DNA of 64,000 nt from Thecamonas trahens ATCC 50062 (taxonomy: Eukaryota; Protista; Apusomonadida). How positions within the stretch are numbered: the stretch's first letter is position 1; every line of letters begins with the position of its first letter. A program made the position numbers and the translations under genes. The DNA is taken from NCBI RefSeq assembly GCF_000142905.1, contig NW_013657669.1, forward strand, positions 186,001 through 250,000, written 5' to 3'. The notes beneath the pieces are model-generated. The model saw only the letters and a list, made by a program, of their open reading frames with translations. It searched no databases and was not told the DNA's origin. This document shows, piece by piece, positions 1 through 10,031 of this stretch.

Positions 1-856
1 GTGGGTCAGGGGCTTTCCGGAGAACATGCCTCAGCCGCAGCTGGAGGCGTACATGGCCTCGCAGGGAGCGGTGGCCACCCGGGTCATGCGGCGCAAGGGC
101 CCGCTCAAACACACCGCCTTTGTCGACTTTGCTTCGGTGGCTGACGCAGAGCTCGCTGCTGCTCGCATGCATGGGGCTCTGGTCATTGGCTCTCCGCTTG
201 CTGTTGAGTTTGCCAAGCCAAAGACAGCGGCGGGCAAGGCGGCGGGCAAGGCGGCGGGCAAGGCGGCGAGCAAGGCGGCGAGCAAGGAGGCGGGCAAGGC
301 AAAGGCCAGAGAGTCGACGGGTACAGAGAGCGTAGGCGCAGAGGGGGTGGGCGTCCAGGCTATGGCAGTACAAGCGGGACCGGGATCAGGACTGCGATCA
401 GAACCACATGTAGGATCAGGACCGGGACAGGGCCAGACTGCAGTCTCTCGCCCGCTGCACATCACTGCTGACGATGTAGCTGCGGGCGAGGGACAGCCCA
501 TTGCGGGATACGCACCATATCCGGTCCCTCCGCTCAACAAGGCCATCCAGCGGTCGATCAACCGCTGGCTGGTTGAGAGCCCTGTCTTCTATGCCCAAGT
601 CGTCCACCTCCTCAACACCATGGGCTTGCCGTACGACACGACACCAACTGCCGCCGAAATGCGCACCATCACCAAGCGTGTCCGCAAGCGCAAGCGCAAG
701 CGCGATGCACCCACCGCTGCAGCTGCCTCCCCCGCCGAGGCCCCCCCGCCGCCACTCGCCCCCCCACCCCCTACCGCACAGCCTCCTTCCCTCACCTCCT
801 CCTCCCATCCCCCCGCCGATAACCAACTACCCTCCAAGCGGCAGCATAGACTCTAA
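1..856 (+). CDS. RNPC3: U11/U12 snRNP 65K (RNPC3) homologue; 5' end outside window; only the N-terminal RRM is present
   Basis: Frame is open from position 2 (WVRGFPEN...). RRM1 has KGPLKHTAF...LAVEFAK, and the block YPVPP...SPVFYAQVVHLLNTMGLP matches the RNPC3-specific motifs (KGRLKHTAF; PKFYxQVLHLMNKMNLP). A basic and Pro-rich tail ends at TAA 856. Confidence 0.8.
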   Translation, partial: WVRGFPENMPQPQLEAYMASQGAVATRVMRRKGPLKHTAFVDFASVADAELAAARMHGALVIGSPLAVEFAKPKTAAGKAAGKAAGKAASKAASKEAGKAKARESTGTESVGAEGVGVQAMAVQAGPGSGLRSEPHVGSGPGQGQTAVSRPLHITADDVAAGEGQPIAGYAPYPVPPLNKAIQRSINRWLVESPVFYAQVVHLLNTMGLPYDTTPTAAEMRTITKRVRKRKRKRDAPTAAAASPAEAPPPPLAPPPPTAQPPSLTSSSHPPADNQLPSKRQHRL

Positions 857-1073
857 TGAACGCCTTCTCCCTCCTATTTGTCTCCGATCCCGCGTCGTCG
901 TCCTTCGGCCTCGTCACCGCGCCAGCCGCCGTCCGTCAGTTGGTCCACCGCTCGCCGCTCCCGCACACACCCACACAGTCACAGCCATAGCCACCTCACC
1001 CGCCCTTTGCTGGGTAGACACCCACCGTCCCTCTCTGTTTCCACCCCTCCACCCCTCTTCCCCACCACCACTC

Positions 1074-2222
1074 ATGGACGCAGGTCCGTCAGACGTGGCC
1101 ATGCTCACACATGAGCCGCTGGACCCGTACGTGGCGTCGCAGTTGGGGCGGACGACCCCACCCGAGTTCCACTTTGAGCACATGACGCCGGCGACACGGA
1201 TGCTGCAGAAGCGGAAAGAAGTGCTGGAGGTGCAGCATGCGCTGGATCTGGAAAAGGCAACCTTTGCCCAGGTCATGTCCAAGGTCGAGGAGAAGGCTGC
1301 GGTGCTGGAGCAGACCAAGGAGAAGCTGCTGATGACACGGCAGAACTATGACGGCATCATCATGTCGCAGGACAAGGCGTACGAGGACTGCGTGGCAAAC
1401 ATCGAGCGGTGCAACGCGCTGCTGGAAAAGTACGATTTGGAGCTGAGGGCAAAGTCGCGGACACTCAAGGATCTCTCCAAACGTCTCGCCAAGCGCAAGC
1501 TCACTGCTGAGCGGCTGCGGGCGTATCCCGAGTTCCTCTCCAAACTCCCGCGCGACGACTACGACTTTAAGGAAGAGTCGGACATCACAGAGCGGTACAA
1601 CACGCTCGACTCGACAAAGGTTGCCCTGGTTGAGCAGACAAAGCGCTGGACAAAGAAGCACTCGTCCGAGTCGCGCGCCATCAAGGCCGCCATCGAGTCG
1701 CAGCGCAACGAAATCGTCAAGATGTGGACCCAGATTAACCGCAAACGCAAAGAGCTGGAGGAGCTGCGCGACGAGACAAAGCGCCTCGAGGCAGACTTTG
1801 ACCTCATGCTTGCCCGCTCCACAGACGAGACCCGTGAGCTCGGCGTCATCCTCATGGCCACCGCAAACCTGTACGACACAGTTGCAAAGCGCCCATATCT
1901 CACAGAGTCGGCCGGCGCCAAGGCGGACGTCTCGTCCAAGGCCCTGCTTCAGCTCGAGGCTATCGAGCAGCGGTATCTCGACCTCAAGACCATCTGCAAC
2001 GAGCTCACCGCCCTGCGCGAGGGCGCAGAGGCTGCCGCCGCAGGCGGCGGCGCCCTCGTCCGACGCCGCCGCTCTGTCCGCCGCCCTGCCGGTTCCTCGC
2101 CGTCGAGCAAGCTGCCCCCGCTTCGTGCGGCCTCGCGTTCGCCGCGCCGCTCACCGCCACGCCGCCTCTCTCGTCGCGGCGGCCCTCTCCATCCGCGCGG
2201 TCCACGACCCCATCCCGAGTGA
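1074..2222 (+). CDS. CFAP73/CCDC42-family flagellar coiled-coil protein (DUF4200)
   Basis: ATG at 1074 in the 501..2222 frame. EHMTPATRMLQKRKEVLEVQHAL resembles the family motif TPATRLLEKRREM. Long coiled coil with ITERYNTL and LGVILMATANLY. Confidence 0.75.
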   Translation: MDAGPSDVAMLTHEPLDPYVASQLGRTTPPEFHFEHMTPATRMLQKRKEVLEVQHALDLEKATFAQVMSKVEEKAAVLEQTKEKLLMTRQNYDGIIMSQDKAYEDCVANIERCNALLEKYDLELRAKSRTLKDLSKRLAKRKLTAERLRAYPEFLSKLPRDDYDFKEESDITERYNTLDSTKVALVEQTKRWTKKHSSESRAIKAAIESQRNEIVKMWTQINRKRKELEELRDETKRLEADFDLMLARSTDETRELGVILMATANLYDTVAKRPYLTESAGAKADVSSKALLQLEAIEQRYLDLKTICNELTALREGAEAAAAGGGALVRRRRSVRRPAGSSPSSKLPPLRAASRSPRRSPPRRLSRRGGPLHPRGPRPHPE

Positions 2223-2244
2223 CAATGAACGGCTTTCATACCAT

Positions 2245-5200
2245 TTATGATTCGGCGTCAGCGTCGGCGTCGGCGTCGGCGTCAGCGTCGGCCTCGTTCT
2301 CAGCCTCTACATCAGCCTCTCCATCCGCATCTTCAGCAGGTTCGTCCTCATCCTCCTCGGCCTCGTCCGCCTCCTCTGCTTCTGCCTCTGCCTCGACCTC
2401 TGCCTCGACCTCAGCCTCGACCTCAGCCTCGACCTCAGCCTCGGCCTCAGCCTCATCCCGATCCTCGGCCTCGTCTCCATCTTCATCCTCGCCATCGCCA
2501 TCCTCAACCGCATCCTCGACCTCGGTCTCGACTTCGGCCTCGGCCTCGGCATCAGCCACGGGCTCCTCCACCACGTCCATGTCGTTGGTGTCGTCAGCGA
2601 CGGGCTCGGCCTCCGGCTCGGGCTTGCGACCAAACGCAGGCTTGACTCCGCTGCTAAAGCCGACCGGCGAAAAGCCAAAGGTCTTGCGAGCGCCGCCGCC
2701 GACGGCGCCGCCAACACCGGCGCCAAAGTTAAACTTGGGCGTGGACGAGCCCGAGCTTCCGCCAAACGGCCGGGTGATCTTGGGCGCGGTGCCCGGGAGC
2801 GCAGGCGGCGGCGGAATCTTGGACTTGGACTTTGGCTTGGGCGGCGCGGCGGGAGCCTCGTCCATCGGCTCGGGCACCGGCATCGGGGTGTCGATGCTCT
2901 GGGCCGGGACTGGCGTGGTCGCAGCCGGGGCAACGTCCATGGCGGCCTCACCGGCCAGCTTGGCCAGGAGCAGGTTGACCTTGCGCTCGAGGTTGACGGC
3001 CTTCTGCTCGGCGGCGGCCTTCTCGGTGAGCGCGGTCTTGCGGGCGGCCTTGAGCTTCTGCATCTTCTCCATGATGCTCTTGGCACGCTCCTCAAGTGCC
3101 TTGCCGCGGGTCTCGGCCTTGGTCAGGGCCGTCTTCGCCTCGGCAAGCTCGACCTCGGCCTTCTCTGCGCGGGCCTTGGCCTTGGCCATCTGCGCCTGCA
3201 GGTCGGCCACCGACGCGTCGCGCTTCTGGAGCTCGATCTTGGACTGGGCATCAGCGGTGGCCCTGCTCCCAGCGGCAGCCATCTCTTCCTTGAGCTTTTT
3301 GATGGTCTCCGCGTGCTCGCGCGCCTTGGTCCGCCACGACTGCCCGGCCTTGATCAGCTTGCCGCTCTTGGTCTTGAGCTCCGCCTCCGACTTGGCCAGC
3401 TTGGTCACCTCGGCAGACCGCTCCGAGAGCGCTGCACGGAGCTCGGCGAGTTGCTTGCTCGCGATGGCGAGCTCCTTGTCCTTGGCTGCCAACTGGGCCT
3501 TGGCGCCCTTGGCCGCCTCCACCAGCCGGGCGTGCTCCTCGGGGTCAACCCGCTTGTACTTGATCATCAGCTTCTCGACGCGAGTCTTCCACATACCGAT
3601 CTCAACCTTGAGCGAGTCGCGCTCGGCGAGCGCTGCGTCGCGCGACGCTGCCAGCTCCGCCTTCTCCTTCAGCAGCGGCGTCAGCTGCTCCTCAAACGAC
3701 CGGGCGCGCTCCTCCCACTCGCGGAGCCGCTCCATGTTGCGGCGCGACTCGTCGCGGAGCATCATGTTCGATTCCTCGTAGAGCGCAACCTTGGCGACCT
3801 TGTCCATCAGCTCCTTCTGCTCAGCCACTGTCCGTCCGCCGTACAGCGCCAGCGACGACGTCATGCCGCCTTCATCACCGTACGCCGCCTCGGCGCTGGC
3901 CCGCGCACGCTCCGTCTCCAGCGTACGCTGCAGGTGCTCGGCCTTTTGCCGCAGCCGCGAGGACTCCTGCGACGAGAGCTCGAGCTTGGCCCCGAGCACC
4001 TCCTTTTCGCGCTGGAGGAAGCGGACAACCTCGCGGAGCTCGGCCAGCGACTTGTCTCTGTCCTCCGCGCTCTCGCCGGCACCCTGGCCGCCGGCCGCCG
4101 GCGAGCCAAAGGTGGCGGCCGCCGCGCCGGGCCGCAGCGGCGAGCCAGCGAGGGTGGGCGCGCGTGCGTCGGCTGCTGCACCTGCGGCCTTGCCCACGCT
4201 CAGCGCCTGCGCCGTCACCGTCTCCAGTTGCGAGTGCAGGAATTCGTTCTGCTTCTCGACTTCGGCCACGCGCTCGGCCGTCGCCGCCACGCTCGCCTCG
4301 CTCTCTTTGCGGAGAGCCTCCAGCTCGGCGCGTGCCGCGCTCGCCTTGGCTTCCGCGGTGTGTGCGTCTTCGCGCGCCTTGCGCGCCTCGGCTTCCTTCT
4401 CCGCCAGCTCGCTGCGGAGGGCGGCGAGTGCCTCGAGATCCTTGGCGTGCGCCACAATCTCCTTCTCGTACTTGTCCTGGTTCTGGGTCGCCAGCGACTT
4501 GGCGAGCGCGACGCGGGCGTCGACTCGGTCTGCCGCATCACGCAGGCCCTCCATCTCGGCGAGGAGCGCTGCTTCACGCTCGTCGGCCGCTGCCTTGGCC
4601 CGCGCCAGCACCGCGTCGGCGGTGTTAACCTTTTGCTGTAGCGCAAGCAGCTCGGACGTGGCCTCCTGCAACTGGGCACCCTGCTCGGACACGGCTTTGC
4701 GCGCGTCGGCCAGCTCGGTCCGCAGGCGGGTGAGCTCGGCATCAGTGGTGGCCTTGTACTCGTCCGACGTGCGTGCCAGCTCGGCGTGCGCCTTCTCGGC
4801 CTCGGCGGCAATGGCCTTGAACTGCGCCACGTGCTGCTTCTCGCGCACCAACTGGCGCTGGAGCTCGAGCGCCTGCTCGCGGAAGGCATCGCCCGACGGC
4901 AGGCTGCCTGCAGCCTCGCTACCGCTTGTGGACTCGCCGCCGGCACCGGCAACTTCCATATCCTGCACCGCGCCCTGCGAGAGGTTGGCGGCAAGGCCGG
5001 GGTTGGCCAGCGCCACCTTGAGCTCAGCGCGGGCCTGCGACGCCTCGTCGCGGGCAGCAAGGAGGGCGGTCGCCTTCTCGTCGAGCTGGCGCTGGAGCGC
5101 GGCAATCTTGCCCTCGGCAATGGTGGCGGCCTGCGACGACCGCTCGCGCAGCGCATCGAGCTGGTTTTGCAGGAGCTTGGCCTCGGCCCGGGCCGACGCC

Positions 5201-7772
5201 AGGTGCTCCTCGGTCGTCGCCTTGACGGCAGCGTGCGACGACTCGAGAGAGGCGATCATGGCCTGGAGCGAAGCGAGGAGCTTCTCCATCCGCGCCACCT
5301 CGGAGCGGTGCGACTCGGTCTCGGCGCGGGCGCGCTTTTCGGCCGAGAGTGCGACCGAGGCCTCGGCCTCGGCCTTGGCCAGCGAGGCCTCGCAGCGGCG
5401 CAGTGCGTCGCGGGTTGACACCAGGTCGTGGTCGGCGTTGGCCAGCCGCTTCTGATGGTCGACAATCGAGGTCGAGAGCTCGAGGATTCGGGTCCGTGCC
5501 CGCTCGTTCTCGGCGTCGAGCGCCTTGCGGTTGGCGAGGAGCTGTGCAGCCTGGTCCTTGTGGAACGCAGCCTCGGACGTGGCCTTGGCAGCCTCAAGCT
5601 TGGCCTTGGACTCGGAGGCGCGCAGGGCCTCGATCGAGTCGTTGAGCATGGTCTGCGACTTGGCGGCTTCGGTGCGGAAGACGTCAAAGTCGGCCTTGAC
5701 CGCATCGAGCTCGTTGCGGACGCGGGTGAGCTCGGACTGGCCTGAGCCGGTCGAGCCGGGCGCGCCGCCTTCGGCCACGTACCGCGAGTCGGCCTGGGCA
5801 AGGAGCGAGCGGTACATGTCGCGCTGGCGGGCGACCGAGGCCACCATTTCGGTCTGACGGTCGTGGGCGGCCGACATGTCGTCCAGCTCGGCCATGGCCG
5901 TGCGCAGCTTGTCGGCAAGGTCCGACTCGAGCGCAGCGCGAGCCTCGGAGCTCTGCTTGGCCACCTGGTCACGGAGAACAGCATTGGTCTTGCGAAGCTC
6001 GAGGTTGACGTTGTGCAGCTCCTCGATCGACTTGAAGAGCGAGGCATCGCCGTCGGCATCGGCACCCGGCGCCGGCGCCTCCTTGCCCTGGGCCTCGGCC
6101 AGCTCGTAGAGGAGGACCTTGACCTGGAGGGAGAGGTCCTCGGCCTCGCCGCGGACCAGCTCGTTCTCGGTCGAGAGGCGAGCGGCACGGGCGAGCGCGT
6201 CGTCGCGGGCGGTCTCGGCTGCCGAAACCTGCATGCGCGCGTCGAGCAGCTGGGCGGAGAGCTCCGAGTGCAGCGAGATGGCCTCGTCATACTCCTTCTC
6301 CTTGGCGGCGAGGACCGGGCCCTTCTCCTCGACCTCGACCAGGATCTGCTGCAGGTACTTGTTGAGCTTGCGGTTCTCGCGCTGGCTCGCCTTCAGCTCG
6401 TTCTCGACCTCCATGAACCGCGAGTACATCTCAGTGACCGAGAGCGCGCCCGGCGAGCCGAGCGCCGGCCGGGCCGGCGAGCCCGTCGGTGAGGCCGAGC
6501 CAATGAGAAAGGCGGCGGCGGCGGCGGTCTTGGACACGGCAGCCAGGGTCTTGCGCTTCTTGGCCGACGGCGGGCCCTGGGCGAGCGGAGCGGGCGCTCC
6601 GCTCACCTCGGAGTCTGCACCCTCGTCCGAGTCCGAGTCTGAGGCCGGCGAGTCGGAGCGGCGGCGGGTCCGCCGGCGTGACGGCGAGTCGGCGCCCAGA
6701 GGCGAGTCGGCGGTGGCCGGGCGGAGACGCAGCGCGTCGGCGAGCTGGTTTTGCAGCTCGACCCGCTCGCGGAGGAGCTCGTCAATTTTGGCGGTGTGTG
6801 CGGCCTCAGACTGGTCGACGAGCGCGTTGAGCTCGTCGAGCGCGGTTTGCAAGCCGTCGGCACGCTCCTTCTCGTGGGCAGCCTCGTCCTTGTACAGCTC
6901 GATGAGGCGAGTCTGGGTCGCGTTGGTCCGCGCAAAGGCCGACTCCTTGGCAGCCATCTCGTCGCGAAGTTCGCGGAGCTCGGCAGCCTTGGCGTCGAGG
7001 GCCTCGGTCTTGGCGTCGAGGTTGGCGCGGATGCGGGTGAGGGCGTCGTTGGCGGCGGCGGCCTCGCGGCGGGCTGCATCGAGCTCGACCTGCGAGTCAA
7101 TGCGGAGCGTAGACGCCTCCTTGCGGGCAGTAAGCAGCTGCGAAGCCTTGTCGTCGAGCTCAGCGGTGAGCCACTCGGTGTGGGAGCGGGCCTGCTCGAG
7201 CTCGCGCTCGAGACGGGCGACGCGGAACGATTCGGCGACCAGGTTGGACTCTGCCTCGCGGAGGGCGACCTCGACGTCAGCCTTGGACGCCGACTCTGCG
7301 GCAAGGCGCTCGAGCGACGACGACGACGACGCAGCCATGCGGTCGACGTCCTTGCCCTTGAGGTCGAGGAGGTTGAGGAGCGAGGCCTTGTCGGCCTCGA
7401 GAGAGGCGGCGTAGCTCTTGAGTGAGGCAGCGTCAGCGGCGGCAGCCGAGGCAGCGGCCCGGGCAGAAGCAGCCTCGGCCTTTGCAGTCTCTAGCGCCTC
7501 GCCAGCCTCGCGGAGCTCAGCCTTGGTGCGGTCGAGACTGGCGCTAAGCGCCTCAGCCTCGCTGCGGGCGAGCTCGGCGGCGACCTCGGCCTGGTGAAAA
7601 AGATGCTGGTCATTGACGGCCTTGTTGGCGGCGGCAGCAGCGGCAGCCTCGGCCTCGCTACGGAGCTCCTTAATGTACGTGTCGGCCTTGCGGGCGACGT
7701 GCCAGGCGGCGGGCACTCCCTGTGCCTCGCTCACCTCCTCTGCAGTGAGGAAGAGGACGTGTACGTTGCCAT
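2245..7772 (-). CDS. TPR: Nuclear basket protein TPR/Mlp1/NUA
   Basis: About 1600 aa of coiled coil containing RQRDMYRSLL, QDKYEKEIVAHA and LREVVRFLQREKE, with an acidic tail. The N-terminus LFLTAEE...ADTYI resembles plant NUA. The likely ATG at 7772 needs one extra base near 7755. Confidence 0.85.
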
Positions 7773-7880
7773 GGGAGTCGCGTGTGCCGACCCTGCCACA
7801 CCGCTCACTCGCCGCCGAGTCGCAGACGGTGGTGATCGCGCGCCGCCTCACCTGGCCGCGCCCACCCGGCGGCGCTTTGC

Positions 7881-9420
7881 TTACCAGCACGGTTCTGGGC
7901 CAGTGCGGAGCAAGATAGGTTTAAGCCTTGACCTCGCTCTCTGCGGGCAACGCTGGCTCTGACGGCGGGGCGAGGGTGGCGAGGAGTGGACGATGTAGGT
8001 GAGTAGGTCGGTGATGGAGACGATCCCAACGATGCGTGAGGTCGAGTCGACGCAGATGAGGCGGTGGGCGTGTGTGGCGCGGATGGTGTCGATGACGGAA
8101 GCGAGCGAGTCGTGCTTGGAGCAGGTGTGGACCGAGGGCGTGCGGAGGCGGTACTGCAGCGCCTCGTGGACTGAGATGTCCAGGTTGTCGTACGCCTGGG
8201 CCCGGGCGAGGTCGTAGACATCCGACTTGGAGTAGACGTCGATGACGACGCCCGTGGCGTCGATGATGGGGATGGCGGAGATGCGGCGCTCAAAGAAGAT
8301 GTTGAGGACAACAATGAGCGGAGTCTCGGCCGAGATGGTGATGACCGACTTGAAGACGCCGACGCCGAGGTCGAAAATCGACTCGTCCATGAACGGTGGG
8401 GTGTTGGAGACGGCGGCGGTGGCGGCGTCGATGATGTCCCAGTGAGTGAGGATGGCGAGGATGGTGTTGGTCTCGGGTCGACGATCGGCGCGCGGTGGAC
8501 GCCGTTGGAGAGAAGCATGAGCGCCGTGTGCAGGAGGTTGTCGGTCGGCTCGGCATACACAAGCTTGTGGATGAGTCGCCCGGGTGCGTCCGGGTCCGAC
8601 GCCGCCAGCTCGCGCCACCGCGAGATGGAGTACTCGACAAGCTCGTCCATGCCGGCAAGCGGCGAGCGGTAAAAGTGCTTAAGGACGGCAATAAAGTCGG
8701 TCATTGAGATAAGGCCGACGTACGCGCGCCGCTCGGCTTCCCACAACGGTGCCGAGCGCACATTGTTCTCCACAAGTACCTGGAACGCGTCCTTGACCAG
8801 CAGTCGCGTGTCGAGCACCACAACCTTGGACGACTCGGGCAGCAGGTCGTACGTCGTCACCTTGCGGAGCGCATCGCGGTAGACCCATCGCGGATCAAAA
8901 ACCCCATCATCCCGGCGGTCTTCGCCGGCCAGGTCAGCGTCATCACCACCGCCACCAGCCTCTGGCGTCGTTCTGCTTCCACTTTCGTCCGCCTCGATTC
9001 CGTCCATCTCCAGAGCCATTTCTGTTCCTCCCGCAGCCCAACTCGCGCATGCATGTGAGTCTCTTGCGGCCACTAATAATCTCCTGAATCCAGCATGACG
9101 CTCGATGGCGCTGTGGTGCCCTGTTCTGCTTGCAGCGCTCTCGGCTGTGGCTGTGGCTTCCTCTATGCAACTTTCGCCAGGCAGTCAGAGACAGCAGGCA
9201 CACACCCTCCCCTCCCCCTCCCCCTCCTCCTCCCCCTCTCCCTTCCCCTCCCCCCCCATCCCCTTCATCCCCTCAACACCCTCATGACCGTACCTGCCAG
9301 CGACTTCTCTGCATGGTCCGGGTCCAACACAGCTGTGGCAAGCGAGCCACCAACTCTATCGTCGTCCGAGTCCGAGTACGACGACGAGGCGAAGCGGCCG
9401 CCCATGGGAAGGATGGACAT
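7881..9420 (-). CDS. SNF4: AMPK gamma subunit / SNF4 (4 CBS domains); 2 exons; one frameshift
   Basis: Exon 1 is 9420-9294; intron 9293-9022 (GTACGG...ACTCAC...CAG, phase 1). Motifs TYDLLPESSKVVVLD, NNVRSAPLW, ISAIPIID and HRLICVD. Frames 7805..9073 and 7881..8618 join at VDP/ETN near 8476. Confidence 0.9.
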
Positions 9421-9432
9421 AGCCCCGTGCAA

Positions 9433-9438
9433 GTGTGT

Positions 9439-9470
<32 letters not shown>

Positions 9471-9675
9471 AGTTGTAGAGAGTCAATCCAGGCCAAGTGA
9501 AAGAGTCTCCACTACTTCTTCTCTCCCTGTGTGTGTATTCCCTAGGGGTATGCGGGAGGCAGAGCGAGAGAGAGAGAGAGCACAGGGGGGGGGGGGGGGG
9601 GGGAGGGGATGGAGATCGGTCTTTGGGAGCATGATTGATTGATTGATTGGATGTGTGTGTGTGTGTGTGTGTGTG
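9433..9675. repeat. (GT)n, (GA)n, poly-G and (GATT)n simple repeats in a divergent promoter region
   Basis: Seen directly between the AMPK-gamma start and the helicase start. Confidence 0.85.
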
Positions 9676-10031
9676 ATGATGGTGATAGGCAGGTGGGCGG
9701 GTGAGATCATCTTCATCGGATGGAGAATGGGGCTGGGTCAGTGGCTGGGGTAGCCGGTGCGGCCTTGCCGGTGTAGGCTTGCTGGTGTAGGCTTGCCCGT
9801 GCGGGGATCGAAGCTGAGGAACACTATGTTAGTCACATCGGTACGACGTAGTGAGGGTGGTGGGATGGGTAGAGGGGTGGGCGGGTGAGATCATGCCCAT
9901 CGGATGGAGGATGGAGGGGGAGCAGAGCTGGTGCGCCGCAATGGTGCAATGAGACAGGAGACAGCCCCCTCCCCTCCTCCCACGATACCCACCACACGCA
10001 CACCACTCTACGTCATCCGCCCACAACCGGC

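Noticed and set aside
2219-7414. Long plus-strand Ser/Ala-rich ORFs (2219..3781, 3791..5455, 6119..7414) and similar shadow ORFs across the window
   Set aside because: They are antisense or alternate-frame shadows of GC-rich coding genes and carry no recognisable motifs.
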